From the NCBI RefSeq assembly GCF_001194135.2, contig NC_068988.1, forward strand, positions 37,405,678 to 37,455,211: 49,534 nt of DNA. The letters run 5' to 3'. Position 1 is the stretch's first letter. Every line of letters begins with the position of its first letter. This document shows, piece by piece, positions 36,444 through 46,819 of this stretch. The notes below the pieces were generated by a model, which did no database searches, was not told the origin of the DNA, and was given only the letters and a program-made list of their open reading frames with translations. Both the position numbers and the translations under genes were made by a program. The DNA is from Octopus bimaculoides. Lineage: Eukaryota.

Positions 36444-36965
36444 GTCTGTATAAAATTTTTAGGATATTTATAAAGAGAAAAGTAGTGCTACAGCTGTTTC
36501 AGGGATATAAAGGCTATCCCATCAAAAGAGACGACATGAGAGAGTAAAATAGAATGAAATAGTAGAGTTCAATCTAAGAAGTTATTTTGAAAAGGTAGAG
36601 ATATAGGAAGTATAAATGGTATATATATATATATGTATGTTGGATATTACAGTTGCAGTGCCATTATCCAAGGAATGTGCAGTGTGGAATGGGTACATAC
36701 TACGGACAAGAAAACCCTTTACCCATTCTACACAACACATTCGAACTGCAGTTTTAACATCCGACATATATTTTTATTTTTATTCTCATATTACCCTTTA
36801 TGCTTCCAACATCTCTACTTTTCCAAACCAACTTCTTATATTGAACTCCACTATTTCCTTCTATTTAAATCTCTCATATTGTCTCTGATGAAGGAATATC
36901 CCATATAAGCCTGAAACAGTTGTAAGACTACCTTTCTCTTTATAAATGTCCTAGAAATTTCACAC
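36444..36965. repeat. Inverted repeat (36444-36619 minus; 36794-36965 plus) of a Penelope-pLTR-like unit, each arm with a hammerhead motif
   Basis: Arms align as reverse complements over ~170 nt (e.g. TTGAACTC.ACTATTTC.TTCTATTT; CTTTATAAAT.TCCTA). Confidence 0.88.
36881..36928 (+). ncRNA. Type-I minimal hammerhead ribozyme with intact catalytic core
   Basis: GTCT CTGATGA AGG-(15 nt)-CCT GAAAC AGTT GTA AGAC: stem I GTCT/AGAC, CUGAUGA, stem II, GAAA, GUA triplet. Confidence 0.8.
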
Positions 36966-37164
36966 TTTCTTGGCTTTTTGTCTCATTTTATTTAACATTT
37001 ACACACTCACACACAACACATATCAGACTCCTCGCTCAAATTATTATCGAACGGAGAGTCTAATAGCGGTCCTTCCGTAGCACTTACGTAGCCGTACATG
37101 CGTTTTGGGTCTTCTGTGTGTGTGTGTGTGTGTGTGTGTGTCTTTGTTTTTGTGTTTCTCTCTC

Positions 37165-37441
37165 TCTATCACTGCTTGACAATCGGTGCTCGTGTGTTTA
37201 CGTCCCCGTAACTAAACGGTTAAGAAAATGTGACTGATAGAATANNNNNNNNNNNNNNNNNNNNNNNNNNNNNNNNNNNNNNNNNNNNNNNNNNNNNNNN
37301 NNNNNNNNNNNNNNNNNNNNNNNNNNNNNNNNNNNNNNNNNNNNNNNNNNNNNNNNNNNNNNNNNNNNNNNNNNNNNNNNNNNNNNNNNNNNNNNNNNNN
37401 NNNNNNNNNNNNNNNNNNNNNNNNNNNNNNNNNNNNNNNNN

Positions 37442-37479
<38 letters not shown>

Positions 37480-37670
37480 CAACGCTTGACAACCGGTTTT
37501 GCTTTGTTTTCATCCCTGTGACTAGCAGCTCGGTAAAAGAGACTCAGAGAAAAAGTAGCAGGCATTAAATAAAATAAATGCTTGGGTTGATATATTCAAC
37601 TAAAGCCATCAAAGTGGTGTGCCAGCATGGCCGCAGTCAAATGGCAGAAACAAGCTAGAGGCAAAAGATA
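37165..37670 (+). mobile_element. SINE family C modules (~37165-37244, ~37475-37670) around gap and (GT)n
   Basis: CTTGACAA(T/C)CGGT, GTTTACGTCCCCGTAACT and CAGCATGGCCGCAGTCAAATG. Confidence 0.8.
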
Positions 37671-38805
37671 AAATATTATACGAAGTGGTATAACGTACAT
37701 GACTTACCTTGGTATAAAGACTTATTTAGTACCATGACCTATTTTCGTATAATATTTTATTTCAGAAAGATTTTTTACGAATAACTTATAAAAATTAACA
37801 ATATTTATGGAAAATTTGTTCCTCTTTTTGTTAGAGAACAACTAAAAAATTTGTATTTTGATTAATATTTTCATTTGAATTAAATAACTATTCAAATTAG
37901 ACACATAATTAAAAACATCTGTTTTAATGGGTGTAATCAAATTATAAGGATGTCTAAAAAAGAACTAGGAAATTATAATTAATTGCGAATGAATTTGAGT
38001 AAAATTGGACTAATTGAGATTGCTAATTAATAAATGATATTTTTACGTGAATTTTAAAAAGTACCATTAGTTTAAACCTTATTTAAGACGTGAGTTATAC
38101 ACTTAACGAACGCCAAAAGAACGATTTCTAGTTAATGCTTTGGAGTATTGTATTATATAATGATGTGTGTGCATAAGTATATACCATGCAAAAACTAATA
38201 TTAGATAACATACGTTTTAAACAAATTTGCTATTGTGTCTATTAGTTCTATTAAAAGAACTAATAGGATCATGTTCAACTGTTTGTTCAAAATTATACTC
38301 ACTGCATTGGCAATTGCAAAATGAAATGCTTTATTTGATAATAATTTAAATAAGTAGATGAAATCTATTAGCAACGCTAATCTTTTGTACGAAAAATCGA
38401 GTATAAAGCAAGTTTTTCAAATAATGGCTGTATGACGCTAAGGGGAGGGTAACTTTAACTTTCGTGCCATGTATCATTAAACCTGTTGTGACCTACGAAC
38501 AGAGGCATTGTAAACGTATTCAACTGAATAATATCATATCAATGCGTAAGGCGACAAACCGATTCGAGTCTAATGTCTGAAGGTGCTTCGGTTATGTATA
38601 AACTTAGTACTGTGGCGCATATTTCAAGAAGGCATTCGTAAAATTGGTATTTTTACCTGGAAGAAATGAAACACGCAAACACATAAATACATACGTACGT
38701 ACATGAATAATAGATACATACATGCTTACATAGGGACATGTATACATAAATACGTACACAGAAACATACATGGTTATCAGTTCGTGTTTATATGTGTGTG
38801 CGTAT

Positions 38806-38887
<82 letters not shown>

Positions 38888-38893
38888 CACATA

Positions 38894-38928
<35 letters not shown>

Positions 38929-39034
38929 CTGAGAATTTTATTTTTATTTTTTATATATTTCCTTTGTGTTTGTGTGTGTGTGTGTGCGTGCGTGTGTGTG
39001 TGTATGTGTGTGTGTGTGTGCGTGTGTGTGTGTG

Positions 39035-41123
39035 TCGGGTGAGACTAGTGCTGCTACCAAAATGACTGTAGATGGTACAACCTGCGGCTGTTTCTGCTGC
39101 CTTGTAGGCACATACAGGAATATGAAAGGCTAATGGAGTAAACCCAAACAGAAAATCCGGATAGAGGGCTCCTAAGATAGTTGATATGGAGGAATGATCC
39201 AAACAATCATCTGGCTGCCCCTGCAACTTTGCTGGTTCCAAATGTATTGACCATGTCTCTCCTTTGAACTAAATCAGTGAAGTCGGGAGGATGATTGTGC
39301 AAATTGGGTAAGGCACGTTCTCCATAGAATTGGAGCCCAGGCATTTAGCTTAGACAAGGACTTAGAATTTCTGGGAGGACGCTACAAAAAAAAAATAAAG
39401 AGGGCATATTGAGAGGACACTTCATCCTTGCTGTAACAGGCAAGGGAAACAACACGGGAATGGCAGATTACGGGTTATAAGACATCCTTATTTGGTGAAG
39501 CGTGATGTCGTCACGGGTCATTTCCAGTCAGTAAGGCGCTGATCCACCACGTCTGTCCGCTGCTAAGGGTGTATGGAGCTAGGACAAAAACCGAAAAGCA
39601 GACATAAAGCCCAACACCTGGCAAAAGAGGAAGAAAACTGAAATTGACTCCATTGAAACTGGAATATCATTACCGAACTGGAATGGACATTACTGATCTG
39701 GACAAAACAGAGAACATCAGGAAACGGCAATGATTGACAGGGAGCTCACACGGCTGAATGTAGACATCACCGCCCTGCAAAAGACAAGACTTGCTGACTC
39801 TGCTTCCATTAGGGAAAGAAATCACACATTCTTCTGGAAGGGTCTTGGGGAAGATGAGAGGAGAATCCATGGTGTGGGGTTCGCAGTATCCAACAGATTG
39901 CTGAAGAAGATCAGTATTCCTCGAGGTATATCTGAGCGCCTCATTATTATGGAAGTGGGGACTAAAATTGGAAGGACCCATCTAATTAGTGCCTATGCCC
40001 CGATTCTAAGAGCAGAAAATGAGAAGATCAGTTTTACGAGGAACTTTAGGGTGTGATCAACAGTGTCCCAAAGGCAGACCAAATCTTTCTCATGGGCGAT
40101 TTCAATGCAAAAGTAGGCGCTGACCACCAAGCATGGCCCAACTGCCTTGGACAGTTTGGACTGGAGAAAATCAATGAGAATGGCCGGAGACTTTTAGAAT
40201 TCTGCACAAATAACAACCTGTGCATTGCAAATACCTTCTACAATGGCAAAGACCGGCATAAAGTTTCTTGGTGCCATCCAAGATCAGGTCATTGGTACCA
40301 GATTGACTTCGTCATCGTCAGAAAGAATGATGTCAACATTGTGAAGCAAACAAGATCCTTCCACATTGCTGACTGTAACACAGATCATCTGTTGGTTATA
40401 GCCAAGGTAAAGATGGTCACAAAGAAAATACCAAGAGTCGAACAACCAAAGAAACCTAAGATCAATACAAAAAACACCCAAGATCCAGCGATGAGAACCA
40501 AATTTCAAGAATATGTTGAAGAACAGCTCCAAAATGTAGATATGTCATCACCTGACGACATGTGGAACAACATGAAATCAGCAATATTTGATTCTGCGTC
40601 GAGGGCCTTTAGAACGGATTGACTTTTCAAGGAGGATTGAATCGAAGCCAATGCATCAATACTAATGCCACTACTTGAAAAAAAGCGCAAGATCTTCATA
40701 AAGCTCAATAGAAAGCCAACAGAGAGTACAAAGCAACAGCTACGTGCTGCAAAATCCAACCTTCAAAGAAAAAAAAAAACTAGAAAATGTGCCAACCAGT
40801 ACTGGGATAAATTATGCTTAGATATTCAACAGGCGAGTGACTTCTACTCTAACATCAGGTAAAATGTATGAGAAGATTAGAGTTGCTATCGGACCAACAG
40901 TGAGTAAAGGGGAATCTCTCAGGTCTGCAACAGGTGACCACTGACGGACAAGAAGAAACAAATGGAAAGATGGGTGGAATATTACTCTAAAGTGTACACA
41001 AAGGAGCGATACGTTGATAGACAGCTTGATAAGGCCATTCCTCAGTTCCCCGAAATGACAGAACTTAATATACCATCAAAGGAAGAAGAACTCTCCACTG
41101 CAATCGATGAACTTGCAGCCGGA
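39035..41123 (+). mobile_element. RTE LINE 5' half: putative 5'UTR, APE endonuclease and linker, frameshifted
   Basis: DITALQKTRL; GVGFAV; ISERLI; AYAP; MGDFNAKVG; NENGRRLLEFC; IDFVIVR; TDHLLV; ends at ELAAG. The 5' boundary is approximate. Confidence 0.92.
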
Positions 41124-41147
41124 AATGAAATCGGTGTACGTACGCTG

Positions 41148-41200
<53 letters not shown>

Positions 41201-41639
41201 TATGCAGGGCAGGGAATCATCAATTAGTAATAAAATTAATAATTAACAATTCTGCCGGGTAGCTCAGTATGAAAAAAACCTTCTTCGGTAAATAATTTAT
41301 AATCATAAATATATAGGGATTGACAGTAACCTGCTTCTCCAACATACTGAGAATTCAGAAATAGCAGTCAAAGAACTACTGATTTCAAAACTACAAATTA
41401 TTACTCCAGATTGATAGCGATATTTTTGATACACACAGAACAAAAAACAATAGAGAAGAGTAAAAAACACTTGCCTTTAGTTAATTTAGTACAATTGTTT
41501 CACAGTTAAGAGTACATAATACTCTATTCTGATCTTCAGCTAAATATTCTAATAAATTTGTTAACGTCTAAATAACTCACGTTAATTTTGACCATGTGAA
41601 CATCAATACCACGTGAAGAAGACGTTAAGAAATTTATCG

Positions 41640-42840
41640 GCCAGTAAGTTCTTACTGTTAGGCCCAAGATCCTGCGGAAGCATCTGAGATGGAAAATGCC
41701 GAGGCACCTTTCCTGTCTGCTGTACAAGGTTCATGTTTCAGATCCAAAGAGGAGTGAGCTGAGAATACATGCTTCATAAGTCCTGATCTTTGTCTTCCAT
41801 ACTCGTTTTGTCAGCCTTCCAAAAGTTGTTGCTGCCTTCCCTATCCCGACGTTAATCTCATCATCAACTGAAGCAGTAGAGGAAATAGTAAACTCTAGAT
41901 AGCAGAATCTTTTCACTGTCTCAAGCTCTTTGTTATGAAGCTTGATATGGCCTTTCACTGCACCCTCCTGAGTGAGGATGACTGTCTTCTTTACACTGAT
42001 AACCAAACCGAAGGCCTTGCATGCTGATGATAGGTGGTCCATCATTATTTGTAGAGTTAATTCACTGTGAGCAACAAGTGCCGCATCGTCAGCGAAGAGA
42101 AAGTCTCTTATTGTTGCTCTATTGATCTTGGTCTTGGCCTGAAGTCTAGAAAGATCAAAGAGTGATCATCAGTTCTCCAACAAAAGTAGACATCTCCCGA
42201 TGACTCTTGAAATGCATACCGCAGCAATACAGCAAAGTAAATGCTGAAAAGGCTTGGTGCTAAGATTCAATCTTGTTTTACTCCGCTGTTGATGTTGAAG
42301 CAACCTGATAATAAACCGTCAAATTGAACGGTGGCCTTCATGTCATCATGGAACGAAACAATGAGCTGCAGCAGTATTGGGGACAGCCACATTTTCCAGG
42401 CACCATGTACAGTCCTGATCTGCTGACTATATCAAATGCCTTTGTCAGATCGATAAATGCCATATATAGTGGTAATTGCTGCTCCCGGCATTTTTCCTGT
42501 AGTTGACGAATGGAGAAGATCATATCAATTGTTGAACGGTTAGATCTAAAACCGCACTGGCTCTCTAGTAGTACTCTTTCTGCTAGCTTCTGAAGTTGTT
42601 TCAGATTGATCCTCGCAAAAGCTTTTCCAGTGATGATCAGAAGTGAGATGCCTCTAGTTATTGCAATCCACCTTGTCCCTTTTATTTTTGTAGAGAGTGA
42701 TATCTTGAGATCTCTCATATCCTGTGGAATTTTTACTTCCAGCCAACTCGTCTTTAATAACTTGTATAAATATGGAAGGAGGGCATCTTTGTTCTCGTTC
42801 ACCACTTCAGCAGATATATTGTTATTTCCGGGCGCATTTC
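41640..42840 (-). mobile_element. RTE LINE RT half, inverted relative to the 5' half
   Basis: NAPGNNNISAEV; RGISLL; QCGFRSNRSTIDMIFSIRQLQEKCREQQ.PLYMAFIDLTKAFD; GVKQ; FADDAAL; GKAATTFGRL; HLRCFRRILG. Confidence 0.93.
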
Positions 42841-42904
42841 ATCATGTAAACATACGGCTATAGTAACGGCTCTTACATGGGAGACTACAGGAGAATCCAC
42901 AATA

Positions 42905-43319
42905 TATATTTCTTTTATCTTTTTATTCTTTTATTCTTTTTCTTGTTTCAATCATTTCAGTCAGTGGTCATGGTGGAGCAAATCTTACTCAAGACATTTT
43001 TTCTCGTAAACCTAGTACTTATTTTATCGGCTGCTTTTGTCAAAGCGCTAAGTTACAGGGGACATAAGCACCCTAACACCGATTGTCAACCGTTGATGCG
43101 GGGATAAACTCAGACACAAAGAAACAGACACACAGATATATACATAGATAGATACGACAGGCTTTCACTTTCCGTCTGCCAAATCCACTCACAAGGCTTT
43201 GGTTGGCCTGAGGCTATAGTAGAAGATACTTGCCCGAGACGCCACGCAGTGGAGTGGAACTGCACTTGGAACCATGTGGTTGAGAAGCAAGCTTCTTACC
43301 ACACAGCCATGCCTCCGCC

Positions 43320-43320
<1 letters not shown>
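42905..43320 (-). mobile_element. Complete, gap-free composite SINE (B head/core, low-complexity linker, C tail)
   Basis: Head AGGCGGAGGCATGGCTGTGTGGTAAGAAGCTTGC at 43320; tail GAAACAAGAAAAAGAATAAAAGAAT near 42915. Confidence 0.88.
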
Positions 43321-43377
<57 letters not shown>

Positions 43378-43988
43378 TATGTATGTATATATATANNNNN
43401 NNNNNNNNNNNNNNNNNNNNNNNNNNNNNNNNNNNNNNNNNNNNNNNNNNNNNNNNNNNNNNNNNNNNNNNNNNNNNNNNNNNNNNNNNNNNNNNNNNNN
43501 NNNNNNNNNNNNNNNNNNNNNNNNNNNNNNNNNNNNNNNNNNNNNNNNNNNNNNNNNNNNNNNNNNNNNNNNNNNNNNNNNNNNNNNNNNNNNNNNNNNN
43601 NNNNNNNNNNNNNNNNNNNNNNNNNNNNNNNNNNNNNNNNNNNNNNNNNNNNNNNNNNNNNNNNNNNNNNNNNNNNNNNNNNNNNNNNNNNNNNNNNNNN
43701 NNNNNNNNNNNNNNNNNNNNNNNNNNNNNNNNNNNNNNNNNNNNNNNNNNNNNNNNNNNNNNNNNNNNNNNNNNNNNNNNNNNNNNNNNNNNNNNNNNNN
43801 NNNNNNNNNNNNNNNNNNNNNNNNNNNNNNNNNNNNNNNNNNNNNNNNNNNNNNNNNNNNNNNNNNNNNNNNNNNNNNNNNNNNNNNNNNNNNNNNNNNN
43901 NNNNNNNNNNNNNNNNNNNNNNNNNNNNNNNNNNNNNNNNNNNNNNNNNNNNNNNNNNNNNNNNNNNNNNNNNNNNNNNNNNNNNNNN

Positions 43989-44770
43989 CATGTGAATTAT
44001 CGTTGTTATTTGGTGTTAGCAAGCAAACAATATTGACTCACCTACTTCAATTCGGTAAAGTGAAAAAAATTCGGATAAGTGGGTTCCACATGAACTCAAT
44101 GAAAATCAGAAACAGCAAAGTTTTGAAGCCTGCATTATGCTACTTTCTCGTCACAAAAATATATCATTTTTTAATCGAATTGTAACATGTGATGAGAAAT
44201 GGATCCTATACAACAACCGTAAACGTTCAGCACAATGGTTGGACAAGGACGAGCCACCAAAAAACAGTCCAAAAAGCAAAATTCATCAAAAGAAGCTGAT
44301 GGTGTGTGTTTGGTGGTCTGGCGCAGGCGTGATCCATTAAGATTTCATTAAACCTGGCTCACCAATCACGGCCGAAATATACTGCAGCTAACTGGACTTA
44401 AATGATACAGAAACTTACAAAAAAACAGCCTAGATTAGTCAACAGATCCACTCCTATTTTATTGCCAGACAACGCCAGGAAATCACATCGCAAAAATGAC
44501 ATTGGCGAAACTACAGGAGCTGGAGTTGGAAGTTCTCCACCATCTACCATACTCAACTCATCTTGCCCCCACTGACGACCACTTCTTCCAGAATTTGGAT
44601 AATTTTTGACAGAAGAAAAAAATGTTAATTCCCACGATGCTGTAAAACAGGCCTCCCAAGATTTTATTGACTCTAGATTGCCAGGCTTTTACAGTTTCGG
44701 GTTGGACAAGCTACTGCTGAAATGACAAAAGTGTATTGACAATATGGGTGCATACCTTGATGAATAAAAC
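43989..44770 (+). pseudogene. Mariner (DD34D) transposase remnant; 5' part lost in gap
   Basis: KWVPHEL; IVTCDEKW; KLMVCVWW; DNAR...YSTHLAPTD with 34 residues between the 2nd and 3rd Asp after correcting one frameshift; stops present. Confidence 0.93.
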
Positions 44771-45446
44771 TATTCATTGTATTTATAAAATATTAGCAAA
44801 CCTCATATTTTGGGGCTATTATTCGAGCAGGCATACTTAGAATAAATCTAACATGGTCACATTTATTTTGAATGTAATATAGTTAAAACTAAAGCGATTA
44901 AATCTAAGTTATGTCCCTTAGAGCTTGCTCATAAGCTTCAGAGTTATGCCCCTTCTCTAACAGTGATTTTTTTTTTTTTTTTTATAATATCTCGTCGCTA
45001 TTCTGCCTATCGGAAAACATTTCCTACTTTTTAGAGTCTAAAGATTTTGTAGTCCCAAATTTTTCGCACCAAATTGTAATATCGCCCACCTATCGGCCAA
45101 AAAATGTTCCATCATCCACCTGTTAAAAAGCCCTGTCACGACCCTCCCTAACACTAAATCCCCTAGGAGAACTCCACCCCCTGTATCATTTGGCACACGT
45201 TACATCTTAGTGCTGCTTGCTCTAAATATGCGGTCGTTTACAAATCCCTTATTGTAGGTTTAGTTTTGCCATTCGTATGAATAAAATTCTAACGTTAACT
45301 CTATTTTATGCAGACAGATTAACTTTGGTAAACTTGCGCATTCTTTTACACTGATATTTATTTTCCCCAAATGAACCATTGACCAGAACTACCGATGCAA
45401 AAATAATTAATGATTGTATTATAAAGGAAAAGAACACATCTTTTCA

Positions 45447-46818
45447 ATGAGAACCATGTGTCTGGTGTGATGCAGCTAGTGTAGATACATTCGATTTCAA
45501 ACTTGTCAACTTTAGCCGCAAGTCTCCTCGTTATGTTACATCCAGTCCAATTCTTTTATGGAAAAGTAAAGTTCTAACATGGCTAAAACCAGATTCAACC
45601 AGGTATGAGGTAGGGAAGGCAAGCAAGAGTAATTTCAGACGTTTCCACAGATTGGGGTAGGAATTCAATATACTTTGATGGTACCACAAACCTTCTTTGT
45701 CATTACGGCGATATCGCATTGTGGCGTCATTGTCATTTTGTAATTCTATCAATTCCTCCTGAACATCGTCATCGCAGTCAACTTCATCAACCTCAAAATG
45801 ATTGCTATACCAATTTGGAATATTCAGCGCAATAACATCTTGAAATCGCTCCACCATGCCATCGTGCGATGATTGTAAATAGTTGCGATGTGTAGTTAAT
45901 TCCTCATCAACCAATTCATCTTTCAAAGAATCAAGTTGTGGAAATTGAAGGAATTGACGTTTTGAAATGTTAGTCTAATACAGCACCAATTTCGAAATGA
46001 AATAAGTAATAAATGATTTACAATCAACGAGAGTTTATCTGATTCCTTTCAATAACTTAGTCAAATCATTTAGTTTCGTGACTATATCGCACCTTGCAAC
46101 CATCAACGAAGCGGATATTGGAGTATCTTCAAAGAATTATATGATTATATGAAACAGTTCAACAAAGCGTAAAACACAGTTTCCTTTTAACAGCCACCGC
46201 ACTTCGGTATGGTATAAGAATTTAGTATAGTCCTCATCATTTCTCAGACAGAGTTGGCGGAAAATTCAATCAAACAAGGGACTAGACTTCAATTTGTCTA
46301 CTCTTGATAACTAACTATAGCGCATCATTCAATTTACCGTTTATTTTTTTGCCATTAAATGCTGCCGGTGTGCCAAGCAATGGACAGTTAGTACCTGGTG
46401 GGAAATTTCACGCTTTAGGAGAGATGAAAAACCTCTGTATCTTCCTATCATCGAAGGGGCTCCATCAGACGCACAGGCAAGAATATTACTGAGCTGGATA
46501 CTACGTTCAAAAAGGCAAGATTTAAGAGTGTGAAAAATAGTTGCACCTATTGAACCAAGTGGAGATTTCTCTGTGAACAGTATTTCCTCACAAGGTTGAA
46601 GGTATTCGCTGAAATACCGGATATATACCATCATCAAAGATTGATTTCCACAGCAGCTGACTCATCTACTTTTATAGAAAATTCAGAACGCTGGAGAATT
46701 TTGAGCTGATGTTTGACATCTTTGGCCATTTCATCGATGCGTCGAGAAATCGTGTTATTCCTAAGTAGGATCTTCTTCATAATGTTCTAAATTCTTCTAG
46801 CTGTTTCATCTGAGGTGG
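45447..46818 (-). pseudogene. hAT (Buster/Charlie-like) transposase remnant
   Basis: NNTISRRIDEM; CASDGAPSMIG; HCLAHRQHL; YHTEVRWL; LLAFPTSYLVESGFS; RGDLRLKLT...HQTHGSH*; multiple frameshifts. TIRs not confidently located. Confidence 0.9.
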
Positions 46819-46819
46819 A

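Noticed and set aside
45447-46818. Domesticated hAT-derived (ZBED/Buster-type) host gene
   Set aside because: Multiple frameshifts and stops, and loss of the N-terminus.
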